From: Octopus vulgaris
Taxonomy: Eukaryota
Direction: 5' to 3'
DNA length: 64,000 nt
NCBI GenBank assembly: GCA_951406725.2
Contig: OX597821.1
Coordinates: 53,568,001-53,632,000, forward strand
The notes beneath the pieces are model-generated. The model was not told where the DNA came from, did not search any database, and was given only the letters and a program-made list of their open reading frames with translations. Shown here in pieces: positions 14,315-26,499 of the stretch (the first letter of the stretch is position 1; every line of letters begins with the position of its first letter). A program made the position numbers and the translations under genes.

Positions 14315-14987
14315 CTGCATACATGTCAGTGACCTCCTCTTGAAGCATCCGGTTAATATCCACTCCAGGGTCATACTTGAACAGTCTTTGTTGATAGATA
14401 GAGCGTTTTTCCATGAAATTATAATGAAGTGCTTCTATAGTTAAATGACACATGTTGGTGACAATATTGGAATATGCTGATTTTGAATAAAGTATCACAA
14501 ACCGTGTCCATTCATAGGATTTGAAAAGTCGAAGGAAGAATGTGAAAAGGCTACTGAAGTTTACTGGACCAACTCGAGTCAAAGTAGGATAGGTTTCAAA
14601 ACGGTAGCTCGAAAAGTCCATTGCCATTGAACCAGCTGTAATTACTGGTATATTCCAAAATTTTGCTTGTCGCACCAAGGGTCCAGCGGCATAATCGCAA
14701 ACGGGTCCAAAAAAAACATCAATTTGGGTTTGCATGTATAAATCAATAGATGCTTTTATGCCATGTGCTATTGAACACTTCGAATCTCCAGACTTGACCG
14801 AAAATGTCAAATTTGATATTTTTGGAAGATTGTCCATGGCGAGTCTTATTGCGGGTAAAACACGCTGGAGACAAAATAGCCATTGCTCGTTGGTCGGTAA
14901 AATCACCACGATGTTCACAGTTTTGCATTCTACTCTAGAAGAACAATGTAGAAATAGAAACCAAGGGACTAAGAGTCGCAGAGCCAT
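14315..14987 (-). CDS. First coding exon of a natriuretic peptide receptor / receptor guanylyl cyclase-family gene (signal peptide plus N-terminal ANF_receptor ligand-binding domain)
   Basis: ATG at 14987 in GAGATGG context gives MALRLLVPWFLFLHCSSRVEC (signal peptide), then NIVVILP, LQRVLPAIRLA, DSKCS, DVFFGPVCDYAAGPLVRQAKFWNIPVITAG, YPTLTRVG, typical of NPR-A/B/C extracellular domains. Ends at splice donor GCAG|gtaatt at 14315/14314, phase 1 (673 nt). Confidence 0.9.
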
Positions 14988-15606
14988 CTCTGTAAACTTT
15001 AAACAGATTGTGTAGGAGAAATATGGTGTTTCCAATTATTTTGTTTGTATTTTTAGCTAAACATCGCCACTACTTTTGGCTGTGTGTGGTATACATGTTG
15101 ATGCGACGGTGATATTGGAAAAAAATCTGTTGATGTTGTTGTTTCTGTTGTGATTCTATCAGCGGTGGAGGTAATTGTGCAGTCGGCATTATTTGCAACT
15201 CTGTAGCAAACTATCTCCACAACAAAAGTTGCGTTGATGACAACTTTTCCGAAATCACAAAACAAGTCATTCAGAACTAGAATAGACAAACTGACATCTA
15301 ACAGATAAACGGCTAAACTAATCGATCAATTCTTCTTTATATGTTTTCATGAGTTTGTGAGCGTGTGGGTGTGTGTGTGTATGAGGTTACTTTATCAATC
15401 GGGAAATATATAATATACAATATAAATATATGGCTCAGTCTAATCGATTATTGTAATTTATATAGAAAAACTAACAAATAGAAATTAAATCTTATACGCG
15501 AAAAGTACAATTTATTTTCCTCCCGATGTCAATCATGTAATAATATATAAAAGATGTATCCGTGATGACGATATATGTGTGTATGTGTGTGTATTTGTAT
15601 ATATAC

Positions 15607-15656
<50 letters not shown>

Positions 15657-15861
15657 TGTGTGTGTGTGTGTGTATGTGTATCTGTGGTGGCAGTGAGCTT
15701 GAATACGTTGATTTGTAAGTACACAAGTGCGAGCGTTAATTTTTAAATTGTTCAAACTATTATTTTTTGAGATATTTATTATGTTTTTTTTCAACTGTCA
15801 TTTCGTGAGATTTGCTGCCTAAAATATTACACACACATACATAATATACAAGCATACACAA

Positions 15862-15940
<79 letters not shown>

Positions 15941-16069
15941 TGTATGTATGTATGTATATCAGTAATGGATCATCACTGGTGTTCTAGCAGACAGTTCCGG
16001 TCTGTGAGGCTGAGAAGTGGAAGCAAGTGTTGCTAGCATTGTCGACGTTAATGTTAGGCGCTGACGGCA

Positions 16070-16085
16070 GTGTGACTGAATGAGT
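16070..16085 (-). promoter_or_regulatory. Possible initiator (Inr) / TSS for the NPR-like gene
   Basis: Minus-strand CATTCAGTCAC (TCAGTY Inr-like) in a non-repetitive, relatively GC-rich island (15960-16200) about 1.1 kb upstream of the ATG. Motif only. Confidence 0.25.
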
Positions 16086-17199
16086 CTGTGGAGTTGAAGC
16101 GCTGGAAGTGTGCGCCTGTTATTCCGATGTATTTTATCTTAGATGCAGTTGTTCCAATGCAGTTGAAGACAGCGAATGCGAAGCGAACGAAAAGACGCGC
16201 TCACATATAGATGTTCAGACACACATACCTAGATTGCACGGACACTATATCGCACGTATGTATATACTTATACACACACCAAGGAACACACACATGCACA
16301 CGCACACACTCACACACACACACACACACATACATACAAACACGCACACACAAACAAACACAATTTTTTTACACCCACGCAATTTCGGCTAAGGATCACT
16401 TAATGCTATATTGAAAAATAATAAATAAAAACGTTACGCAAGTTCGTCTAATGACAATTTAAGGCATCCATTATGAAAGGAGGTAACACGTAACGTTAAC
16501 TTATTTGTTTATTTTTTATGGGGTCATATTAGTTTACATTTTTACTTTCTTTTCTTTCGTAAGACTAAGATTACTCTTAGAGTAAAAAGAAAAGAAATTC
16601 AAAGTGTATATATACAAAGTGTATATATATATATATATATATGGGGGTGGAGAATCAGGAGTTAAAAATAGATATGTAAATTGGTATGTAATGTATACTT
16701 GTGTGGGTGTATATACACACGCATATGCGAATGTGCGTTTGTGTGGGTGGGTGTGTCTCTGTGATACTCAATAGTAAATGTTGCGACTGATTACAGAAAA
16801 TTTTATTTTATTTTTTACTCAGAATTTTCACGCGTATTTTAAACACATACCTTTGTAACCATAACCTAAATACTGGTGGGGGGTGTGATTTATTGGTAGA
16901 CCCTCAGATGTTTCACAGTAGTTTTATTGATTTTGGTCACATATCATCCTATTTTGTGTCAAAAGATGTTAGGTTTTGTGTGCAGGTGAGAGTGAAAAAC
17001 AGTTTAGGTAATAGGGATGAGATTAGGATGAACATCGATAAAAAGTTTTTCGAAAATTCACTGAGGTACAACTACACCATTTCATTCGCTGTGACCATCT
17101 ACTCCTTTCTTCCCCTTTCTCACTCTTTCCCTCATTATACACTCACCCACACACATACATACACATACACACAAGCACACACACATACACTCACACAAA

Positions 17200-17740
<541 letters not shown>

Positions 17741-18677
17741 GGAGGAGAAGTATAGAGTAAGTAAGTCCTTTTATGGAATGAAAGAAGTTGCTCAGCCCAT
17801 TGTTCCTGTTCATAGTCGTATTTTTGTGGATTTACAGGCATGTGATTCACAGAACATGTGTTTCAATCTTGGGTTTATTGTCTGTCTAATAACGTGGATC
17901 GGTGAATGATCTTACTAGGGTAAACACCTGGGTTAACACTTGAATGAAATTATTATATATATAGGTGTGAATGTGTGTATCAGTGGGTTGTTTCTGTGCG
18001 TGTGTGTGTATTTTTAAATGTTTATTTTAATATCGGTTTAGAATATCAGTTTGTATATGTTTAGATGACAAAATAGAAGTTTGCCGGTAATGTATAGCGT
18101 TCGTGTGTATCTGTAGCTGAGCATGTACGTGTCAGTGATTCTGCATATATCGTTGTCTGTGTATGTGTATGCACGCGGATAGTTTCTTTACTGCTTCTCA
18201 TGTAAGAATGCAAGAGAGAGATAGAGAGAGAAAGAGAGAGAATTTTTAAGTTCCTGAACATGAAAATCACTCTTTAATACAAACACACAATCACATACAC
18301 GCAGACAAACACAAACATACACACGTACTAACAAATATACAAACACATAAGTGAATAGAAACAAATACGCACACATAAGCACATACAATAGAGAGAGTAG
18401 CCGTTACGTGGGAATATTAATCACCTAAGATACAAATGTAAATAAACGTACCACTACATTAAGGTTCCTCCACAAACTCCTCCCCCTACGCATAATTCGT
18501 GGCTACCTCAAACATTTTCATAAGGATTTTAAACATTTTCCGACCAAGCTGGGGCTACTGTCGTTTTGTGACTAAAGTGCCTTCGACAACTACATCTGTC
18601 TTATTCTTACGATCGTATTAGTGTTCTACATGACAATGAAGAAGGACACGTATACACCTGCTATATATAAACGAATA

Positions 18678-18708
<31 letters not shown>

Positions 18709-18862
18709 GAATACACACACACACATACATACAGAGTAGGGATGTACAGAGATTGCAATACATGCATACATAAGTATATATATATATATATATATGTATA
18801 CATATTATATATACATATATATGTGTGTGTGTGTGTGTGTGCGTATATATATATACATACAT

Positions 18863-18912
<50 letters not shown>

Positions 18913-19021
18913 TTATATATACATCGTTATATAAATTTTAAACATTCACTATTCATTGATTCATAGACGTGTACGAAAATATATGAGTGTGTGTGTTTCT
19001 GTGTGTGTGTGTGTTTCTGTG

Positions 19022-19064
<43 letters not shown>

Positions 19065-19131
19065 TGTGTTTGTATGCACGCGCGTGTTTTGCGTAGTCAC
19101 GCATATAAAATAATAATGTTCAGATATATAG

Positions 19132-19172
<41 letters not shown>

Positions 19173-19235
19173 AAAATTGAAACGTATACACACGTTTTTA
19201 TTTTGCTTGTGATTGCGTGAGAGAGACAGATAGAG

Positions 19236-19267
<32 letters not shown>

Positions 19268-19591
19268 GAGAGAGAGAAAAAGGGAGAGAGAGTTTGTGTG
19301 TGTGCTTGTGTGTGTATGTGTTTGTGTACGTGTGCGTTTTTATGTTTGTTCACACTTTCCGTAATTTGGCCATTTAAATGCACACCACACGAATACTGTG
19401 TTATGAAAATTTCGTGTCGCCTCTCAATAATTACATACGTGATCAGTGATGCTCTTGACATTCAGAGAATTTGCTGAAAGTAAAGTTACCCCCATAATAA
19501 AAAATATTAAAATCGACTTCAATGTTGGGAAATATCTCATCCCTGTGCGTTTCTAAACTCACTTGTATATTACACATGAATATATATACAT

Positions 19592-19625
<34 letters not shown>

Positions 19626-19627
<2 letters not shown>

Positions 19628-19857
19628 TTCGTTATTACCCACAAGGGGCTAAACATAGAGGGGACAAACAAGGACAGGCAAGAGGATTAAGTCGATTACA
19701 TCGACCCCAGTACAAAACTGGTATTTTAGTTATTGACCCCGAAAGGATGAAAGGCAAAGTCGACCTCGGTGGAATTTGAACTCAAAACGTAACGACAGAC
19801 GAAATACCGCGAAGCATTACGCCCGGCGCGCTAACGTTTCTGCCAGCTCGCCGCCTT
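19626..19857 (-). mobile_element. SINE family A, full length
   Basis: Reverse complement of 10211-10446. Confidence 0.85.
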
Positions 19858-19871
19858 ACACCCCCCCACAG

Positions 19872-19947
<76 letters not shown>

Positions 19948-19951
19948 ATAT

Positions 19952-20141
19952 ATCGCCATGATAGATGGTTAGCTACTACACACATTTTTTCTCTCCTTGT
20001 TTTTTTCTGTGTCCCTTTCTGTAGAAGAGCGTAGGCTCGAAACGTAAAATACTTTTTTCTATTCCTTAGCGTTATACTCATATATTTGTTTGTTTTGTAC
20101 ACCACCTGTCTTCGTCTTTTGTTTTTTCGTAAACTCTCCCT
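19952..20141 (+). mobile_element. Short PLE pLTR-like fragment with minimal hammerhead-like motif
   Basis: TAGAAGAGC-GTAG-GCTC-GAAACGTA at 20022-20046 (core variant of CTGAAGA), adjoining (TA)n; related degenerate copy on minus at ~33380-33420. Confidence 0.5.
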
Positions 20142-20147
20142 ATGTAT

Positions 20148-20551
20148 ACTCTTTTACTCTTTTACTTGATTCAGTCATTTGACTGCGGCCATGCTGGAGC
20201 ACCGCCTTTAGTCGAGATAATCGACTCCGAGACTTATTCTTTGTAAGCCCAGTACTTATTCTATCGGTCTCTTTTGCCGAACCGCTAAGTGACGGGGACG
20301 TAAACACACCAGCATCGGTTGTCAAGCAATGCTAGGGGGACAAACACAGACACAAAAAAACACACACATACATATATATATATATACATATATACGACAG
20401 GCTTCTTTCAGTCTGTCTACCAAATCCACTCACAAGACATTGGTCGGCCCGGGGCTATAGCAGAAGACACTTGCCCAAGATGCCACGCAGTGGGATTGAA
20501 CCCAGAACCATGTGGTTGGTTAGCAAGCTATTTACCACACAGCCACTCCTA
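20148..20551 (-). mobile_element. SINE family B, full length
   Basis: Reverse complement of 61167-61573 including the internal microsatellite. Confidence 0.85.
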
Positions 20552-20596
20552 TACATATATATATGTACATATATATGTATATATATATATATGTAC

Positions 20597-20629
<33 letters not shown>

Positions 20630-20719
20630 TACATATATATATATACACACATATACATATATATATATACACATATACACACATACATATATATACACGC
20701 ATATACATACATACATACA

Positions 20720-20755
<36 letters not shown>

Positions 20756-20830
20756 TATATTTATATATATATATTAGAAATATTGAATTTCTTAATGTCT
20801 CAGAGTGACATAAACGGTGGTGGACCGAAT

Positions 20831-21093
20831 TAGTCGTCGTATACTGTTACTTCAATGTGACAGTCCCGTAAAGGAATTACACCACCGCCTTTTAGCCCTA
20901 GGAAACATTGAAGTCTCCTGTCGGCTTTGACACATTTTCTGTGTCCTTATATTTCCAAAGGGGTGGGCAAATATAAGGACACGGAAAATGTGTCAAAGCC
21001 GACAGGAGACGTCGATGTTTCCTAGGGCTAAATTACGGTGGTGTAATTCCCTTACGGGACTGTCACATTTGAGTTGACAGTATACGACCACTA
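20831..21093. repeat. Fold-back inverted repeat (~124-bp arms, 14-nt spacer) next to (TA)n
   Basis: 20831-20954 versus 20969-21093. Confidence 0.9.
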
Positions 21094-21118
21094 TATATAT
21101 ATATATATATATATATAT

Positions 21119-21736
21119 TTACAGGGTAAATGTTTTTTAAATTTTCTCCTGGTTTACTGAATTAACTTTTATTTGCGGTTGAAGCTTTGGCTGTTATTTC
21201 TAGTGGGTGAATGGCCTATTATGGCCGTTCCTTTATTGTTGATGTTGAACTTAAAAATGGTCTATGACTATTTTAATTTTTTCCTACTAGGCCGCTGGTG
21301 GCAAAAGAATTCTACAAAATTTTTTTTGCCACCCTATATTGATTAATTATGAATTTTCTGGTTAATTCCGTAATGGAATCGACGGCTTATATTTATTTGC
21401 TGCCGATAAATTTGGCGCGAGTGCGACGATTTGAAAATTTTAGGTCAGATATAAACTTGGCAACGTCGGAAATGCCTCGTGAAAATATCTGTTCCGTCTT
21501 GGGCTATTTCTTACTGAAGAATCTGAGGGCCTGTGGAAGATTGGCTTGATTTAATTTAATCAGGTTAGTTTACCATTAATCAGCAGATGAAACGGTATAT
21601 CGTATAAGAAATTACAGGGTAAATGTTTTTTAAATTTTCTCCTGGTTTACTGAATTAACTTTTATTTGCGGTTGAAGCTTTGGCTGTTATTTCTAGTGGG
21701 TGAATGGCCTATTATGGCCGTTCCTTTATTGTTGAT
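21119..21736 (+). mobile_element. Retrozyme-like / non-autonomous Penelope-like element: 493-bp unit with identical 125-bp terminal direct repeats, inserted in (TA)n
   Basis: 21119-21243 and 21612-21736 read identical; flanked on both sides by (TA)n; no meaningful ORF; contains a hammerhead immediately before the second repeat. Confidence 0.8.
21506..21612 (+). ncRNA. Type I hammerhead ribozyme (complete catalytic core)
   Basis: Stem I ATTTCTTA (21506-13)/TAAGAAAT (21605-12); core CTGAAGA (21514-20); stem II ATCTG (21521-25)/CAGAT (21584-88) with a long structured loop; GAAAC (21589-93); stem III ACGG-TATA-TCGT; GTA cleavage triplet 21602-21604. Confidence 0.85.
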
Positions 21737-21874
21737 ATATATATATATATATATCAAAGTATTTATCTAGCAATTTATTATATATAGAGAGACAGAGAAA
21801 GAGAAAGAATGAAAGAAAAAGTGAGGGTAAGTGAATGAGAGTAAGATATATATATATATATATATATATATATT

Positions 21875-22077
21875 TCTGTTATCTTTTACTCTTTTCAGTC
21901 ATTAGACTGCGGCCATGCTCTGGCACCACCTTGAAGAATTTCCTGTCGAATTTTTTTCAAGACCGGTACTTAATCTCTTGGTGTCATTTTACGAACCACT
22001 TGACTATATAGATGTCAACACATCAACGGTGTTTAGGGGCACACTCACAAAGACACACGCGCACACACACATGCACG

Positions 22078-22122
<45 letters not shown>

Positions 22123-22270
22123 CGTACGTCTTTCAGTTTCCGTCCCAAATGCAATCGCAAAGGTTTGGTCGCTCCGAAGTTATTGTAGGAGGCATTTTTC
22201 CAAGGTGCTACGCAGTGGGACTGAAGCTGGAAACATGTGGTTGGGAAATAAAATTCTTACTGCACAGCTA
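21875..22270 (-). mobile_element. SINE family B, diverged
   Basis: GACTGCGGCCATGCT...(CA)n...CAAGGTGCTACGCAGTGGGACTGAA. Confidence 0.7.
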
Positions 22271-22450
22271 TGTATTGATATATATATACATACATACATT
22301 CATACATACATGTATACATGTATACATACAAACACACACACAGACACACATATATTCTTTTATTCTTTTATCTTTTTCACTCATTTGACTGCCGCCATGC
22401 TGGAGCATTGCTTTGACAAGTCGAGAAATTAAGCTAAATTTATGTATGCG

Positions 22451-22540
22451 TGTGATATTGTAATATCTACTATGACTGTGATATTGTAATATATGCTATA
22501 ACTGTGCTATTGTAATATATGCTATTACTGTAATATATGA
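22451..22540 (+). repeat. Minisatellite, 26-bp unit x ~3
   Basis: TGTGATATTGTAATATATGCTATAAC-like units. Confidence 0.8.
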
Positions 22541-23049
22541 CTGGGAAGCCGATTGCACCTTTGAGGAGCGGCCACGCACTGCGAAACACTTCATCCAAGA
22601 GCACTTATTTTCTGAATAATGCCGGTATAGGAAGACTGTTTGTGTATGTGTTTGTATGTGTGTGTGTGTGTGTGCGCGTGCTTGTGTGTTGTGTGTGCAT
22701 GTGAGACAGAGAGAGAGAGAGAGAGTGAGTGAGTGAGGAAGAGAGAGCGAGAGAGAGTAAAATGCAGACAGATAAATTAGGTGCGTTCTCTTCCCTACTT
22801 AAAAACATAGGGACCGCATTACATGGTTTACAGCTTGAGTAACGAATTTCAAATAGAAGAAAACAACAAAGAGAAAAAAACAGCAGCAAAAATTCTTATT
22901 CCATTTATCTCGCAGGTAGAAGCTATATTTTACTATGCAAAATAAAACCAACCACTTAACCTAATTAGATATGAACACAGCATCTCTAATGTAATATCTT
23001 AATCTGCAGTTGAAGCTGTATTTAATAAAGCCAATTGATGCTACGAAGA

Positions 23050-23700
23050 TGTGATGCAACTCTGTCGATCACAGCCTTGCGAACAATCAAATCTCACCAC
23101 GTTCATAGAAGGTCCAACCCCACCGGTAAATCAATGTCACTGTATGTTATACACTCCATTACCACATAAAACATCTATGCTAAAAGTGCTTCCACTAAAT
23201 ATTTCTCGACCCGACAGTTTCCACCTTTTGTTCAAGTCTAACAAACCCAATGTAAACGTGACCTACAGCTGTAAAAAGAAAATGCACAATATTAGAAAGA
23301 ACTAAAATCACGGTATTATACGTCACTATTTGTAACTAGAATTTACAAGCTACAACCACTGTATATTATGCTATAATTGCTATGACAGATAAATAATTCG
23401 ATACAAATATAGATTTCTACAATAACGTATTCTCTAATATTTTAGCTTGTTATTATGACCACGAGAGAATACGTTCAAAATCCGCTCATATCAACACAAT
23501 AACTCATCCCGGTCGCATATCTGAAAGAATATGGAGCACTATCCAATCAGATTTGTGAAACCAACAATGCAGGAATTAAAACAAATATCAAAAGAGTGAC
23601 TGCGGATAGCTCATCATAGAGAACGAGGCGCACTTTCTTCAGATCAGATTTGCAAATGCTCTGCTTCTCTATTCATAAGCAAAAGATCCAGACTCATCTC
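23050..23700 (+). mobile_element. Penelope-like element remnant (RT-EN linker and GIY-YIG endonuclease), with a mariner inserted just downstream
   Basis: HLLFKSNKPNVNVTYSCKKKMHNIR resembles PLE HKIFNRNTVKVSYSCMxNM; ENTFKIRSYQHNNS (from 23465) and ALSNQICE resemble the PLE GIY-YIG segment TENTFKxRxxxHxxSF...LSxHIW. Confidence 0.55.
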
Positions 23701-23779
23701 AAGTTACCGACATATACCAGAATTTATGTTAACCAACGTCAAAACAATACATACTTGAATCACTGAAATAAAGAATGTA

Positions 23780-25040
23780 TTGGGTTGGCAACTAAGTTCC
23801 CGCCGATTTTTTAAATTTTGGAATTTATTGCGTTTTTAAATTTTGGAATCTATTTTTTTCGAGAATTGTTTTTTTTTTTAATCATTTTGAAATCTATTTT
23901 GTTGTTTCTAGTTAATTTTAGTTAATTTTTGTTATTTTCAGATCATTAAAATGGAATGTCAATTTCAGAAAAACGAGCATTTTCGACACGTTTCTTTTGT
24001 TTTTAATCAATGTTCTAAGGCCACAAAAGCTGCTCGCGACGTTTTTGCTGTATATGGAGAGGGTACAATAGCTGAAAGAACCGCTCGTGATTGGTATGCT
24101 AAGTTCAAAAATGGAAATTTTGATCTCAAAGAGGCACCTCGTTCTGGCTGTCCAGTTGAGTCCGATGAAGAGCGATTAAACCAACTTTTGCACGAAAATT
24201 CCTGTCAAACGAGAAGTATACTGGCAGAGAAAATGGAATTCTCCCACCCTGCTATAGAGAAGCATCTTCACTCGATGGGTAAAGTTCAGAAGTATGCATC
24301 ATGGGTTCCACATGCTTTAAGTGATGACAACAAAAATCAACGAGCCACAATCACCGCTGGTTTGCTTGCTTGTCACCGCTCAACCCATGGACACAAGCAA
24401 CGATTTCTTTAACGAATCGTTACTGGCGACGGAAAATGGTGCCCGTACATCAATATGAAGCAGCTTCAAGAATGGCTTAGCCCTGGTAAACAAGCTACAT
24501 TGCGCGTGAAAGAAGACCTTCATCTGCGTAAAACGATGTTGTGCGTATGGTGGGACTCGGAAGGGATTATCCATTACGAATTGCTTGAACGGAATCGAAC
24601 GGTCAACGCGGAACTCTATATTCAACACGGATATTCAAGAGAAAAGACTTAATCGGCAGTATTGAGTTCTTCTGCTGCACGATAACGCCCGTCCCCATAT
24701 CGCCAATACGACCAAGAAAGTCATTCAAACGCACGGCTGGGAAGTGCTGCCACACCCGTCGTACTCTCCTGATTTGGCACCAACGGATTTCCACCTCTTT
24801 CGATCGCTTTCAAATGCGTTCAGTACTGATGCAGAATTGAGAGCTTCGTTGGATAAATTTTTCGAGTCGAAATCGGGTGATTTCTACTAACGAGGTATTG
24901 AAAATCTTGTTGAACTTTGGGAAGAAGTTGTAAACAACAAGGGTGAATACATTATTGATTAATTAGTTGTTATTATTTATTAAACCTTTAAAAAAATCTA
25001 AATTTAAAAAAAAACGGCGGGAACTTAGTTGCCAACCCAA
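23780..25040 (+). mobile_element. Full-length mariner transposon (mellifera-subfamily-like), inactivated
   Basis: Perfect 26-bp TIRs TTGGGTTGGCAACTAAGTTCCCGCCG, TA target duplication (23778-79, 25041-42), 1261 bp. Confidence 0.93.
23951..24962 (+). pseudogene. Mariner D,D34D transposase pseudogene
   Basis: HTH region (EHFRH...AVYGEG...WYAKFKNGNFDLKEAPRSG), [40 protein letters not shown], ends GEYIID*; in-frame stop at 24410-12 and a frameshift near 24630. Confidence 0.9.
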
Positions 25041-25587
25041 TATAACACTAACAAAACGACCAGATACATGAACTTTCAAGTTCACGTGTCCAACCACGCA
25101 ACAAACAGCCATGAGATCAATCTTAAAGGTTAGGCACCTGCGGATGCCTGTCGGAAGCAGCAGGTGTCGCCTCCAGGACTACAATCGTAAACATACAGCT
25201 GCTAATAAAATTAGCCACAAAGACGACCAAGCGATGTAATTAATCATTTAACAAACAAACGGACAAAAACACCTTGATTTAAAACGTGCATAATAATTTT
25301 GCACTTCATTATTTCGAACTAATATTTGACAACACTTCAATGACTGAAATGGCACCTAACATGAAATATCATGAAATATCAACTTATACATTCACACTGA
25401 GAGGAGGAAACGATAGAGGTAAAAGAACGGTAAAAGAAGGAGCGGGCGGTAAAGAAAATATATGAAGAGTAGGTATAGACAGAAATGAATTTGAAATGTA
25501 TATGTTACACAATGAACAACATGAAAACAAGAAAGACTTGAAAACAGGATGTGTGTGTTGTGTTAGTGAGTGAGTGGGAGAGAAAGA

Positions 25588-25696
25588 CTGATAGATCGAT
25601 AGACAGACATATAGATAGATAGATAGATAGGTAGGTGGATGGATGGATGGATGAATGGATGGATGGATAGATAGATAGATAGAAATATATATATAT

Positions 25697-25756
<60 letters not shown>

Positions 25757-25799
25757 GTGGATGGATGGATGGATGAATGGATGGATGGATGGATAGATG

Positions 25800-25846
<47 letters not shown>
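25588..25846. repeat. (GATA)n/(GGAT)n tetranucleotide array
   Basis: Directly visible. Confidence 0.95.
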
Positions 25847-25847
<1 letters not shown>

Positions 25848-26339
25848 TGACAGTTTTAAGTGTTGTTATTGTGAGAAGGAGAGAAATGGAAATCATCTCA
25901 AATACTTCGGTGGAATATTCGTTTAGCAATCCCTAATAGCTGTAAGAGAAAGTTACCTTCATCAGAATTGCAATTCAGGTGACAGAAAATATCATACATA
26001 TGCACCATAAATACACACGCACATACATTTCCGTATTTGTGTGTGTGCGTGTGTGTGCGTATCTAAGCGACAATATGTATTTAGGCTACTATAATATCCT
26101 TGCATTTTCAGTTGCGTTGAATTTGTTGCGTTAGTCAAGAAGTCAACGTGTGGACTAACTGCTTGTATTTATTACAGATATGTAAAATATTCTTTCAAAT
26201 TTTGGAACAAGGTTGGCAACAAAGAGTTGCTCAACTACTACTTATTTTATAGATTCTAAAGAAGCAAAAGCAAAGCCGACCTCAGCTAAACTTGTACGAA
26301 ATGCTATACATTTTGCCGGGCGTACTAACAAACTCATCG

Positions 26340-26381
<42 letters not shown>

Positions 26382-26415
26382 TTATCTATCTAACTACCAA
26401 CCTATCTCTCTCTCG

Positions 26416-26450
<35 letters not shown>

Positions 26451-26499
26451 ACTACCAACCTATCTCTCTCTCACTATATATATATATATATACATATAT

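Noticed and set aside
14988-15035. ORF-track start of the NPR-like ORF at 15035
   Set aside because: It is a TTG; the first ATG, with good Kozak context and a following signal peptide, is at 14987. The ORF-track stop at 14307 lies past the splice donor.
21119-21736. LTR retrotransposon / TRIM interpretation of the direct repeats
   Set aside because: Repeats lack TG...CA ends and I see no PBS, PPT or 4-6 bp TSD; the hammerhead position fits a retrozyme/PLE model better.
22555-22605. Hammerhead-like TTGAGGA-GCGG..CTGC-GAAAC (similar weak motifs near 13110, 17850, 25135, 28620)
   Set aside because: Core mutated and no convincing stem I/III; cannot be distinguished from chance or extreme decay.
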